From contig NC_047021.1 in the NCBI RefSeq assembly GCF_902652985.1, positions 24,304,001 to 24,368,000 on the forward strand: a stretch of DNA of 64,000 nt, read 5' to 3'. Source of the stretch: Pecten maximus. Lineage: Eukaryota. The notes beneath the pieces are model-generated. The model had not been told where the DNA came from, searched no databases, and saw only the letters and a list, made by a program, of their open reading frames with translations. Shown one piece after another: positions 1-13,696 of this stretch (position 1 is its first letter; every line of letters starts with the position of its first letter). The position numbers were made by a program, and so were the translations under genes.

Positions 1-1650
1 TACGTAACAGCACAGAAATGGCTAACATCGTAGTTCGCATATATATTTCACGACTGCAAATTTAATGTAAGGAAATACACTCCATTCAATCGCTTGTCTA
101 CCTTATATGTAGTGAAAAGTTTAAGATTGCACTGTATAATTTTGTCTAACTTTCACCATTTTGGCACATGTCCATGTTTGTCTATAAATGTTGAACCTGA
201 ATTAGGCCTATCAACAATAAATGTTTATGTGTATAATACCATAAGCCCTTAAAGCAAACGGGGGAAGCAGCATGAATTCACTTTGGATAAAATACGCAAC
301 CGTACATGTATGACAATTTACTTTCTCTTTAGTGCACGTACATATAGTTTTCCTTGTTGATTATAGGGGGAAATGGAAATGACACGCTTGCTTATGAGAA
401 CTTATATAAATCAGAGCTAGAACTGTGTCACCATTAAAAACCATACGTCATGTATTGGAGGTGGCTCGTTACCAAACTGTACCAATTTTAGTTTTGTTTG
501 TTTTGTTTGTATGTTTTTTTGTGCATGTGTCAAAATCTTTCTTTTCGGTGTAAGCTGTATTTTGTCAAGGCACTCAACAGTGTCCGTCCTTGATACTTGG
601 CGTGATCCAGCATTTAACACAGGGACACGTTACTCCTCTATCTGTGTTACATCATATTCGTCGGCGGTCAATATACCTATTATCATATACATCTATGAGG
701 ACTGGGGACAATTTGAACAGTCCGTGTGTAAGCCGTGGGTTGGAATTTTGTGACAAGTTCCTGTGATAGTTAATATCATACCCATTCCAATGTAGCTAGC
801 CCCTGTGATTTATATAGACCCGTTTTGATAGACCCGTTGGAAGTTTTGATGTTTTGCAGAAAGGCACCAAGAACAATTTACGGTGGCAGAGTTACTCCCC
901 CTTAACTGAGATCAAGGTATACGCCTGGTTCATTTCCCCGGTCATTATTTCGTTCAAAACAGAAGATTGGATATTTTACACATGGCTACAACATTCAGTA
1001 TACAGAGTTAACATTATAAATCCCACACGTGTGCCGATGGAAACGAACGAGACAATGGATGTAAATATTATATGTGAATAAGACAATTAATATTTCCCTT
1101 TATTACAATACCTCTTTCAATATTGTGGTTTTGATATGGGAAAGGGAAATGCGTTTCATTTAGTTCAAGGGTTACATCACGGACTTTGATATATATATAA
1201 GGATAGTAATGATTTTAGGCCATTTTTTCATTAACTTATATTCCCGCTTTCTGTTTTGTCCCGTGTTTCCTTTCTATAATCATATACCCCTAATTACCAT
1301 TACTATTGCTAAATGTTTTCAGTACTTCTGTCCTGTAAACGGTATCCACATATTTTGGAGAATTGCGTGCCTTATCCTTTTGTATTATGACAAATAAGAT
1401 ATATATTGATTTATATACATGTATTTAATATGATATTCTCGTGGTACATTGTAAAGGATTCAACTTTTAAATTATCACTGACTTCCAATCGAACAGCACA
1501 TGTGGTACTTAATAAATAAATATAGCAGATAAAATCAATATCGCCATTTATTGCTGTGGTAGTTTATACATTATTGAGAAATTGTTCAATATTCCAAAAA
1601 AGTAAAATAAATACACTTCACATCCATTACGTATGACGATATAGAATGTC

Positions 1651-4600
1651 TTAAGGCTGGGAGAAGGTGAGGATCTTTGGTTCCACGCATGTCCGTTCGT
1701 CCGGGTTAAACATACGTTGTTGTCCTTGGTCCGTCGGGGTGCACGTTCCACTATAAACGACACGCTCCTTTTTGCACACGGTGAAGTGTGGGGTCCACTC
1801 CTTGCCTTTCCAGGGATTGAGACCCTCCGGCAGTCCTTTACAAGTTGGAAAACGTACGTAACACGGGGGACAGTCCGCACTTTCGTCACACTTATTGATG
1901 TCATACTCGCCTATAAATAGGAAACAAAGAGTTTATAATCTTTATATGACTCTGTGCTTGAAAGTAAATCAAGGTAATTGACATGGAGAATATTTATATT
2001 ACGACATATTGGGTACCTACCACCCAAAGATGTTTAAAGAATCACAAGCATAACTAGCCTGACTGAACAGGAATACTGTTACATATAAATACCTTTGAAC
2101 CTGGCACTGCTTTTACAGTTTTACTTTTGACTCCGACAAAATATTAGAATATGATTACGGTGAATAGCCAGGAGCAAGGATTGACGAACACATGTCGTTG
2201 GAGCTCCAGTGTAGGCAATACGATGATTTCGAGTTAGTTATTTATCCGAACTATTTAAAACACTAGAGCCAATGACTTGGGGAAGTCACAGAATTATCTT
2301 GAACCCTTCAGCAATTAAAACGGCATACAATGAATAAACGACCTAGTTACTTTGACGTTGGAATGTGTTACACATGGTATGTAGAGAAATAAAGAAGTCT
2401 GAGTACATAATTATGTAAAACTGGGGTCGCCATTTATTCTACTCTTAAAGATAGCACCGGAAGTATGAGTAACACGTGACAACATACAGAACAACAGGAA
2501 GTTTCCGATTACACGTGACGAAATACAAGACAGGAAGTTTCCAATAACACGTGACGAAATACAAGAAAACAGGAAGTGTAGGATAACACGTGACGAAATA
2601 CAAGAAAACAGGAAGTGTAGGATAAAACATGGCATCATTCAACAAATCCGAAAGTGTTGGATGAGACTGCATACAGTGAAACAAATAAATGGATTAATAG
2701 CAAAAATGTTAGATAACTATAATGGCTAATGGAGATCGCCGGGTGAAGCGTTAAATAAGAGATAATTCTGTATAGTACAGTACCACCGGAAGTGTTTGAT
2801 AACAAATACTTCTGTGAGATACCACCAGAAGTTTTGGATAACACCCAACTTTCTAGAAACACCGGATATGTTATACCGGAAGTGCTGCATAACAAACAAT
2901 TTACAGAACATCGGATATGTTATAAACTTATGATTAAAGCAACGAGCAGTCCAGGACGCCGAACTCTCAGACGGACGCTCACTATCTGAGCTACCAGGTC
3001 ATCGACGCTCAGCCCAGTCCACTTACATTAATCAACATACAAATAAAGTAGCGCTCGAGGTGGAAGAAAAAGAGTAGAACGTTGGATACAAATCAAATAT
3101 AGAACAGTTCCAAAAACGGCTTGATAATAATAATGTCCTGTACATACGCTTTGTACATTTTTGACCGTCTTCAACTTTTCCTTTCCATTATCAAAATAAC
3201 TGAACTATTCTATGCCAATTCCAAGAATGATATATATTTAAATGATAAATAAAAAATCATTCGAAGAGTAACATATCGAATACTTAATACCGGAGCTCTT
3301 TACCAACACCTGACAAGTTGACCGATATTTGCTGTTATACATTTTTTGTATGTTAATCTAAGGTACAACGAACATTATATTTGATAATCATCTTTCCCGT
3401 TATTACATGCTCCTAATGCTTATCAATATTTAAATATCATCTTTACTTTCAAACTTAACTTGGTGTATATATTCTGTTGACTATTTCAAGGAGAGCTTTG
3501 TCTGTTGTTTAATTCCTGTTGCATTTTCATATATCGATACAATGAAACGAATCTGGACAGTGTTATCTTACAGAAGATCCCAAACCAGGTAACCTTAGAA
3601 CAAGATATAGACACTAATGTTTTAATCTTAAGATCGACTGCATGATGAGAGGCCAATTTGATGTGAAAACTTATCAAACATGTGGATATACATAGTAACT
3701 ATCAAATGACAAATTACATGTAAAAGTGTCTTACACAAAGGAATTTTTAACTGATCGATTTTTCTGAACTCAATTGCATACTGTACCTAAAATAATATAT
3801 CTATATCTCATGAGACCGATTTTTTTTTTTCAATACAGTCCAGTAAATTAACATTTTAAAATGTAAGTGAAACAGGAAACGTTACTTACATGGGTCTGTT
3901 GGTTCCATTCGTTGGTCACACTTTACCACTTCCGGGAACTCGCAGCGCTCCTTCTGTTCGTCAAAGAGGAGTGGGTAAGGGCACTCCATTAGGGTAGGGG
4001 TACTGGGCCCCGCTGACCGACTCACGCCACACTCGTAGTACTTAGCACAGTTACCTTCGTGAGACTCGCGGGCCTTTACTCCGGACAGACAAGGTTGTTT
4101 GGCTCTAACTGGAGTCGTACCTAAAACAAAAATAATATTGTATTACCAGGAGTTTCTTTTATACCAGTCAACATATCTTTCAATAGCCTCGAAGGCGCAA
4201 ACCTACAAATTCATAAACAATTGACCCTACTCATAATAGCAATTTCTTTTATTAAGATTCTATATAAAGCCAATATGTATAGCCAGCATTCAAGAATATT
4301 AACGAATATTGCTTCTACATGAAAACGTGTGCGGTTATGAACATCACTATACTATCATAGGTATAATTGTCTATAGTGATTCGAATATCCGACCTCATTT
4401 AAGATCGGACAGGCCGTCTAAAGAGTTCTTCCCTGCCCAGATATTACCATCATCGAAACTCCAGGGTTTACACCAACACACCATCTCTACCACGAGATAA
4501 CCTAACGAAAACGTAACCCTTTCTTTTGGGAGAAGAGAATAATAAGTTTATGGACATGCATACATTTGTCTTCTGAGGATCCCTTGGTAACACACATCCG

Positions 4601-4783
4601 GCTGTCCGGCGTCCACACAAGCCCGGACGGACATATGTACTTGAAATGACGTCCCTGGTAACACATGTAGAAAGTGGAACAGTCTGACTTGTCTTCCACC
4701 CAGGCGACGGAGGATGTCTTTGGACATACGGGATCCGCCCGTATACCTGCTAAGACAGCGGCGACGGCGAACAGAACCAACAT
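1651..4783 (-). CDS. g1: secreted multi-domain chitin-binding type-2 (peritrophin-A/CBM14) protein, 236 aa; exons 4783-4564, 4120-3890, 1910-1651
   Basis: ATG in GCCATG context at 4783 is followed by hydrophobic signal MLVLFAVAAVLAGIRA. Exon 1 has C-x14-C-x5-C-x9-C-x12-C-x9-C. Exon 2 reads ...CAKYYEC...ECPYPLLFDEQKERC...C. Exon 3 reads EYDINKC...CYVRFPTCKGLPEGLNPWKGKEWTPHFTVC...TAA. Both introns are GT-AG phase 1 and the joined length 711 is divisible by 3. TATA at ~4862-4868 and AATAAA at 1547-1552 (- strand). Confidence 0.9.
2414..3090 (+). mobile_element. Probable solo LTR in intron 2 of g1
   Basis: Ends are TGTA...TACA, flanked by AATTA/AATCA (5-bp TSD with one mismatch). AATAAA lies near the 3' end (~3042). 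Contains internal 36-39 bp tandem repeats. Confidence 0.6.
2470..2625. repeat. 36-39 bp tandem repeat, ~4 units (TAACACGTGACGAAATACAAGAAAACAGGAAGTGTAGGA)
   Basis: Units start at ~2470, 2509, 2545 and 2584. It explains the spurious repetitive ORFs 2411-2638 and 2445-2684. Confidence 0.85.
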
Positions 4784-4861
4784 GGCGGACAGATGATACA
4801 AAAGAGTGAGGAGGAGTGTGTGGTCTGGACTGGTAATGTATACGGACCAAAGTCATCCCTC

Positions 4862-4868
4862 TTTTATA
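4862..4868 (-). promoter_or_regulatory. TATA box of g1
   Basis: TATAAAA on the - strand ~80 bp upstream of the ATG. Confidence 0.6.
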
Positions 4869-5767
4869 CATTACACGAGCAGACTGAATAACAAAGTGAT
4901 TACTTCAAATATTACGGGTGGAGAAACAACTTCCTTCAGGAGGAACCTGATATAATCAAAAAACTGAAATTAGATACACACTTTACGGGCAAACTTTATG
5001 ATGCTCAATCCCTTAAATGGCGAAGTTTTAGAAACACCCGACTGCAGGGTTCATGTCTGCTCTGACCCCCATTTCAGTTCGCTGGAGTCATCGGTGAGGC
5101 TCTAGGGGGGAGGAGTTGATTGAGTATAAAACTGTTACGTATAAAGATAAGAATTAACGTCATCCTAGATTTCATTCGAATACATATTTTATTGATGAAT
5201 CAACATTATCGCTGGGTGTAATTGATTTTTTTATGTATGCTGGTATGCTGCTGCTGTCCATTCATGTACTTCAACTTTGTATGATGATTTACGGTCATCG
5301 GTGAAATATCGGACACTCGGACATAAGGACAACGACATGGTTTGAAGCCAGAGTTGATTGGTCACCAGACGTCGCGGTAAGAATGCTGATTTTGTTGCGA
5401 CGGAACTAGCTGCTAAATGAATCATGTTTCTCTCCAAACACTGCTATACAGAGACACAAGGCCAAGGTGTTGCACAGAAACCTAGATATCTTCTGCACTT
5501 TGTTCACAAGTTTTTGACCAAATGTAGATGTACGTGTTGCTGTTTAGAACGTAAGCATGGAGAAATTAATGTATTGATGTATAACATTTCTGTTAGAGTT
5601 TTCCTGGTTAGGTACATTGGGTGGCGAATGCACACCACATGTATTACGAAGTTAATCATGCTTCAGTTACCAGACTACGAAATAGGTTTTCGTTGGTAAG
5701 TTTCGGATTTATTTATTTATCTATCATGTACACTCTTATTAAAATGTTACAATTCTGTGATTTGTCG

Positions 5768-5997
5768 TGGCCGCGGTGGTTGCGGTGACCGAGTGGTTAA
5801 GGTGTCCCGACACTTTATCACCAGCCCTCCACCTCTGGGGTTGCGAGTTCGAAACCTACGTGGGGCAGTTGCCAGGTACTGACCGTAGGTCGGTGGTTTT
5901 TCTCCGGGTACTCCGGCTTACCTCCACCTCCAAAATCTGGCAGGTCCTTAAATGACCCTTGCTGTTAATAGGACGTTAAACAAAACAAACCAAAACG
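5768..5997 (+). mobile_element. tRNA-derived SINE with V-SINE-like core
   Basis: A-box-like TGACCGAGTGG, B-box GTTCGAAAC, core GGTTTTTCTCCGGGTACTCCGG..CCTCCAC, and a 3' AAAC-rich tail. Confidence 0.8.
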
Positions 5998-6829
5998 TGG
6001 GATTCAAATAATTGTTTCACGATCATTTTGAAACAAGGCTAACAGCCTTTCAATAACATCAAACTGGTGTTGGTATTTTTCCTACGGCACCTTATGAATA
6101 TCGTGATAAATGGAATGATTATTAAAGCTTGAGTTTCATAATTACCTATTCGCCTTTAATATAGCTTCAGCAGAACGCATACAGTCTTTTAAAAGTTACT
6201 AAAATTTCCAAAAATAATGAACTTCATTTGTAACCACTAGGAATACAGATTTACTTTTAAAACATGGGGATTATCTTCCTGTGTAAGTAGGGTTCAGTGG
6301 TTATCAAGCAAGTACAATTCTTGTTGCATGCAGGCAATTTTGTCGTGTTTTCATAAAAGGGTCATGTTCCTTGGTGTACTTTCTGCAGACACGTTAAATA
6401 TACCGACAAGGAAAAGTAATGTCAATGAACACCGATATAACAACGACAGGAAAATAATACTAACTCAAAGTCAACATACGGAGGGCAAAACAAGAACGAT
6501 AATATCGATTTGTATGGAGATCATTATTAAAGTATCCGGAAAACAAGACCAGGTGCTCAGCTATGGTAAGCGTCCTCTGCTTAATCGACGACAGTCACAA
6601 TACAAATCTAGGCCAAATTAGAGTTAAGTCACATTCTCAAATTGAGAAATAGGATGGTGAGAATGGAACTACCAGACTTATCAACAAGCACCTAACGCGT
6701 CGGACATCATATCGTGTAAGGAATTAGAATATTTCCAAGTGAGATCAGGATGTCATGGTCATCATTAATCTGCATCTTTCGAAACATAGTACTGTTAATT
6801 TGTCAGTCAGTAGTCGACATATCTCACAG

Positions 6830-6910
6830 ATAACATGATAAGGGGACATGGTATTGATAACATGATAAGGGAACATGGTATTGATAACATGATAAGGGGA
6901 ACATGATGTT
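6830..6910. repeat. 27-bp tandem repeat x3 (GATAACATGATAAGGGGACATGGTATT)
   Basis: Three near-identical units immediately before the large satellite. Confidence 0.75.
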
Positions 6911-9900
6911 TGTTACATTGTAAGTATATATGGAGGTAAGGAGCTGATGTTGGTTACGTTGTAAGTATAGATGGAGGTAAGGAGCTGATGTTGATTACGT
7001 TGTAAGTATAGATGGAGGTAAGGAGGTGATATTGATTACATTGTAAGTATAGATGGAGGTAAGGAGCTGATGTTGATTACATTGTAAGTATAGATGGAGG
7101 TAAGGAGGTGATATTGATTACGTTGTAAGTATAGATGGAGGTAAGGAGCTGATGTTGATTACATTGTAAGTATAGATGGAGGTAAGGAGGTGATATTGAT
7201 TACATTGTAAGTATAGATGGAGGTAAGGAGCTGATGTTGATTACGTTGTAAGTATAGATGGAGGTAAGGATCTGATGTTTATTACGTTGTAAGTATAGAT
7301 GGAGGTAAGGAGCTGATGTTGATTACGTTGTAAGTATAGATGGAGGTAATGAGGTGATATTGATTACATTGTAAGTATAGATGGAGGTAAGGAGGTGATA
7401 TTGATTACATTGTAAGTATAGATGGAGGTAAGGAGCTGATGTTGATTACGTTGTAAGTATAGATGGAGGTAAGGATCTGATGTTTATTACGTTGTAAGTA
7501 TAGATGGAGGTAAGGAGCTGGTGTTTATTACGTTGTTAATATAGATGGAGGTAGGGAGCTGGTGTTTATTACGTTGTAAGTATAGATGGAGGTAAGGAGC
7601 TGATGTTGATTACGTTGTAAGTATAGATGGAGGTAAGGAGCTGATGTGGATTACGTTGTAATTATAGATGGAGGTAAGGAGCTGATGTTGATTACGTTGT
7701 AAGTATAGATGGAGGTAATGAGGTGATATTGATTACATTGTAAGTATATATGGAGGTAAGGAGCTGATGTTGATTACGTTGTAAGTATAGATGGAGGTAA
7801 TGAGGTGATATTGATTACATTGTAAGTATAGATGGAGGTAAGGAGGTGATATTGATTACATTGTAAGTATAGATGGAGGTAAGGAGCTGATGTTGATTAC
7901 GTTGTAAGTATAGATGGAGGTAAGGATCTGATGTTTATTACGTTGTAAGTATAGATGGAGGTAAGGAGCTGGTGTTTATTACGTTGTTAATATAGATGGA
8001 GGTAAGGAACTGGTGTTGATTACGTTGTAAGTATAGATGGAGGTAAGGAGCTGATGTTTATTACATTGTAAGTATAGATGGAGGTAAGGAGCTGGTGTTG
8101 ATTACGTTGTAAGTATAGATGGAGGTAAGGAGCTGATGTTGATTACGTTGTAAGTATAGATGGAGGTAAGGATCTGATGTTGGTTACGTTGTAAGTATAG
8201 ATGGAGGTAAGGAGCTGGTGTTTATTACGTTGTAAATATAGATGGAGGTAAGGATCTGATGTTTATTACATTGTAAGTATAGATGGAGGTAAGGAGCTGG
8301 AGTTTATTACGTTGTAAATATAGATGGAGGTAAGGAGCTGATGTTTATTACATTGTAAGTATAGATGGAGGTAAGGAGCTGATGTTGGTTACGTTGTAAG
8401 TATAGATGGAGGTAAGGAGCTGATGTTGATTACGTTGTAAGTATAGATGGAGGTAAGGAGGTGATATTGATTACATTGTAAGTATAGATGGAGGTAAGGA
8501 GCTGGTGTTGATTACGTTGTAAGTATAGATGGAGGTAAGGAGCTGATGTTGATTACGTTGTAAGAATAGATGGAGGTAAGGATCTGATGTTGATTACGTT
8601 GTAAGTATAGATGGAGGTAAGGAGCTGATGTTGATTACATTGTAAGTATAGATGGAGGTAAGGATCTGATGTTGATTACGTTGTAAGTATAGATGGAGGT
8701 AAGGATCTGATGTTGATTACGTTGTAAGTATAGATGGAGGTAAGGAGCTGATGTTGATTACATTGTAAGTATAGATGGAGGTAAGGAGCTGATGTTTATT
8801 ACGTTGTAAGTATAGATGGAGGTAAGGAGCTGGTGTTTATTACGTTGTAAGTATAGATGGAGGTAAGGAGCTGATGTTGATTACATTGTAAGTATAGATG
8901 GAGGTAAGGATCTGATGTTGATTACGTTGTAAGTATAGATGGAGGTAAGGATCTGATGTTTATTACGTTGTAAGTATAGATGGAGGTAAGGAGCTGATGT
9001 TGATTACGTTGTAATTATAGATGGAGGTAAGGAGCTGATGTTGATTACGTTATAAGTATAGATGGAGGTAAGGAGCTGATGTTGATTACGTTGTAAGTAT
9101 AGATGGAGGTAAGGAGCTGATGTTGATTACGTTGTAAGTATAGATGGAGGTAAGGAGCTGATGTTGGTTACATTGTAAGTATAGATGGAGGTAAGGAGCT
9201 GATGTTGATTACGTTGTAAGTATAGATGGAGGTAACGAGCTGATGTTGATTACGTTGTAAGTATAGATGGAGGTAAGGATCTGGTGTTTATTACATTGTA
9301 AATATAGATGGAGGTAGGGAGCTGGTGTTGATTACGTTGTAAGTATAGATGGAGGTAAGGAGCTGATGTTGATTACGTTGTAAGTATAGATGGAGGTAAG
9401 GAGCTGATGTGGATTACGTTGTAATTATAGATGGAGGTAAGGAGCTGATGTTGATTACGTTGTAAGTATAGATGGAGGTAATGAGGTGATATTGATTACA
9501 TTGTAAGTATAGATGGAGGTAAGGAGGTGATATTGATTACATTGTAAGTATAGATGGAGGTAAGGAGCTGATGTTGATTACGTTGTAAGTATAGATGGAG
9601 GTAATGAGGTGATATTGATTACATTGTAAGTATAGATGGAGGTAAGGAGGTGATATTGATTACATTGTAAGTATAGATGGAGGTAAGGAGCTGATGTTGA
9701 TTACGTTGTAAGTATAGATGGAGGTAAGGAGGTGATATTGATTACATTGTAAGTATAGATGGAGGTAAGGAGGTGATATTGATTACGTTGTAAGTATAGA
9801 TGGAGGTAAGGATCTGATGTTTATTACGTTGTAAGTATAGATGGAGGTAAGGAGCTGGTGTTTATTACGTTGTAAATATAGATGGAGGTAAGGAACTGGT

Positions 9901-11930
9901 GTTGATTACGTTGTAAGTATAGATGGAGGTAAGGAGCTGATGTTTATTACATTGTAAGTATAGATGGAGGTAAGGAGCTGATGTTGGTTACGTTGTAAGT
10001 ATAGATGGAGGTAAGGAGCTGGTGTTTATTACGTTGTAAATATAGATGGAGGTAAGGATCTGATGTTTATTACATTGTAAGTATAGATGGAGGTAAGGAG
10101 CTGGTGTTTATTACGTTGTAAATATAGATGGAGGTAAGGAGCTGATGTTTATTACATTGTAAGTATAGATGGAGGTAAGGAGCTGATGTTGGTTACGTTG
10201 TAAGTATAGATGGAGGTAAGGAGCTGGTGTTTATTACGTTGTAAATATAGATGGAGGTAAGGATCTGATGTTTATTACGTTGTAAGTATAGATGGAGGTA
10301 AGGAGTTGATGTTTATTACGTTGTAAGTATAGATGGAGGTAAGGAGCTGATGTTTGTTACGTTATAAGTATAGATGGAGGTATGGAGCTGATGTTGATTA
10401 CGTTGTAAGTATAGATGGAGGTATGGAGCTGATGTTTATTACGTTGTAAGTATAGATGGAGGTAAGGAGCTGATGTTTATTACGTTGTAAGTATAGATGG
10501 AGGTATGGAGCTGGTGTTGATTACGTTGTAAGTATAAATGGAGGTAAGGATCTGATGTTGATTACGTTGTAAGTATAGATGGAGGTAAGGAGCTGATGTT
10601 GATTACGTTGTAAGTATAGATGGAGGTAAGGAGCTGATGTTGATTACGTTGTAAGTATAGATGGAGGTAAGGAGCTGGTGTTGATTACGTTGTCAGTGTA
10701 GATGGAGGTAAGGAACTGATGTTGATTACGTTGTAAGTATAGATGGAGGTAAGGATCTGATGTTGATTACATTGTAAGTATAGATGGAGGTAAGGAGCTG
10801 ATGTTGATTACGTTGTAAGTATAGATGGAGGTAGGGAGCTGATGTTTATTACATTGTAAGTATAGATGGAGGTAAGGAGCTGATGTTGATTACGTTGTAA
10901 GTATAGATGGAGGTAAGGATCTGATGTTGATTACGTTGTAAGTATAGATGGAGGCAAGGAGCTGATGTTAATTACGTTGTAACTATAGATGGAGGTAATG
11001 AGCTGATGTTTATTACGTTATAAGTATAGATGGAGGTAAGGAGCTGATGTTGATTACGTTGTAAGTATAGATGGAGGTAACGAGCTGATGTTTATGACGT
11101 TATAAGTATAGATGGAGGTAAGGAGCTGATGTTGATTACGTTGTAAGTATAGATGGAGGTAAGGAGCTGATGTTTATTACATTGTAAGTATAGATGGAGG
11201 GTAGGAGCTGATGTTTATTACGTTGTAAATATAGATGGAGGTAGGGAGCTGATGTTGATTACGTTGTAAGTATAGATGGAGGTAAGGAGCTGATGTTTAT
11301 TACGTTGTAAGTATAGATGGAGGTAAGGAGCTGATGTTGGTTACATTGTAAGTATAGTTGGAGATAAGGAGCTGATGTTGATTACGTTGTAAGTATAGAT
11401 GGAGGTAAGGAGCAGGTGTTAATTACGTTGTAAGTATAGATGGAGGTAAGGAGCTGATGTTGATTACGTTGTAAGTATAGATGGAGGTAAGGAGCTGATG
11501 TTGATTACGTTGTAAGTATAGATGGAGGTAAGGAGCTGATGTTGATTACGTTGTCAGTATAGATGGAGGTAGGGAGCTGATGTTGATTACGTTGTAAGTA
11601 TAGATGGAGGTAAGGAGCTGATGTTGGTTACGTTGTAAGTATAGATGGAGGTAAGGAGCTGATGTTGATTACGTTGTAAGTATAGATGGAGGTAAGGAGC
11701 TGATGTTGGTTACGTTGTAATTATAGATGGAGGTAAGGAGCTGGTGTTTATTACATTGTAAGTATAGATGGAGGTAAGGAGCTGATGTTTATTACATTGT
11801 AAGTATAGATGGAGGTAAGGATATGATGTTTATTACATTATAAGTATAGATGGAGGTAAGGAGCTGATGTTGATTACGTTGTAAGTATAGGTGGAGGTAA
11901 GAAGCTGATGTTGATTACGTTGTAATTATA
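6905..11930. repeat. 41-bp satellite/minisatellite array, ~120 copies (GTAAGTATAGATGGAGGTAAGGAGCTGATGTTGATTACGTT)
   Basis: Head-to-tail 41-bp period (e.g. 6961, 7002) with no spacers. Variation is confined to a few positions. Confidence 0.97.
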
Positions 11931-12505
11931 CAGCAGCTGATATTGAAGTGACTGTTGTGTACTTGATATCAAGTTCCAGAGGCTATATCCGACTGACATG
12001 ACCAATAAAGGTTTTGTTATTCTTGTTTGTTTGCTTTTGTTTAACACCCATCGACTGTTATGGTTACTTAGGGCCATCTATGAATTTGTGATTCATTTAC
12101 TATCATATCATCAGCAAAGAGGCGGGTAGCAATAATAAAATCAGACATTTGCATAGTATTTTTAGATCATTAAAATAAAAAGGGGGTTAAATATCAAAAG
12201 AGATAATGCATAGATGACGTAGATTCATGATTTGAAATATATAACGTCAGAGAGGGAAAGGTAGGTAAAAAGACATCAGATTCTATACAGAATAGATTAG
12301 TGTCTTTCAAATAGCTAACAGCGCTTTCGATTCCACGGAACTGAATAGAGTTTTCCAATCTGGGTCTCGAAAGTAGTTATCACGAATATGCCTTTGTTAT
12401 TTAAAGAAAACGCACCGTCTATATACCTAATAGGTGTATTTGTAAGGTCTGTTACATGTTTTCCTCCAAGATATACATCAAATGATCATAACTGGGTTAT
12501 ATATA

Positions 12506-13696
12506 CAGTGGAACTTCGTTAACTCGAACTCGGATAACTCGAATACCCCGCTTAACTCGAAGTACCTCGTCAGTCCCGACCAAATTCTCTCTTTATCTTA
12601 GTAAAGAAAACTCGGAAAACTCGAACTCGGAAAACTCGAAGAACTCAGATAATACAAAGTGAAAATTTGGTCCCAACAATAAAAATCCTATTTGAAATGA
12701 TCGAATAACTCGAAGTATAATTTTCGTCGATCGGTGGTAAACGTCGACATTTTTTAAGAGCTAAATTCCGTTTGTAATACTGAACATATCGGCACTACTA
12801 ACCTACATGCTATTATAAGTGTTTCATAAATTCATAAAAGAAATTGTCGGTTGAATCTTATAACAACATGTCTTGGTGATAAAAAGTACTGCTTTACTTA
12901 CATCAGGTAATTTCCTAAGGCGGTCGCCGATATTAGTACACACGATAGTCAACAACTCCTCTACCCGTTCGCTCAAGCGGAACTAATCTCTGACACACCG
13001 GTAGATCTACCCGGCTGATGTTTTTACAGGTGTAGAAATGAAACAGTCACCGGCGCCTACTAAATCTTTAAACTGCTGAAATTATAGCGTAATTACTGCC
13101 AAGGTGTTCAGAGTACAACTGTAACGGTCAGTGCTGTCTATTAAATCGGATAAAACGCCAGCTCAGTTACAGTAACATTTTATACGCACATGCGCAGCCT
13201 AACTTCCGGTGCTAATACACATGGAAATGGCGTGGTTATCAATAAAAAGTAAGTAGGCCGATCAAACAGTATTTTATATGTCCAATAAAAGGTAATGGTT
13301 CTGTTACGTTTTGCATGCAATCTGTGTTAAACTCAAACGGTTACCGGGTATTTGATTTGACATGAATAACTTGTTATTTTGTCGAATTCCGTTTTTGCAA
13401 ACATGACTTGGACATCAGATCGTTCTTGAAGTGACTAAGTGAAAGAAACTTTATCGTGACTGTATATCGGCAAAACTACACCAAATTACAAGTAATATAA
13501 CGAAACATTACATATATTTACATGTATTGACCAGTCTTCACACTAAACTGATGAGCGACAGAGCGAAGTTATAATGATTATATAATGTTGACAAATATGG
13601 ACCAAACTTTTCACCAAATATGGTAACTCGCTTAATTCGAACACTCGGATAACTCGAAGTTTTTTCGTGGTCCTTCGAGTTAACGAAGTTCCACTG
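12506..13696. mobile_element. Tc1/mariner-pogo (Tigger-like) non-autonomous element (MITE)
   Basis: Perfect 23-bp TIR CAGTGGAACTTCGTTAACTCGAA ... TTCGAGTTAACGAAGTTCCACTG, with TA on both flanks. Subterminal AACTCGAA motifs. No transposase ORF. Confidence 0.9.

Noticed and set aside
1548-1920. ORFs 1548-1904 (-) and 1717-1920 (+)
   Set aside because: Alternative-frame and antisense shadows of g1 exon 3, whose true frame is not in the track.
5768-5865. tRNA gene
   Set aside because: A and B boxes are present but no convincing cloverleaf, and it continues into a SINE core and tail.
6905-11930. CRISPR-like array (41-bp periodicity)
   Set aside because: Units are contiguous with no unique spacers, there are no cas genes, and the context is eukaryotic. 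It is a satellite.
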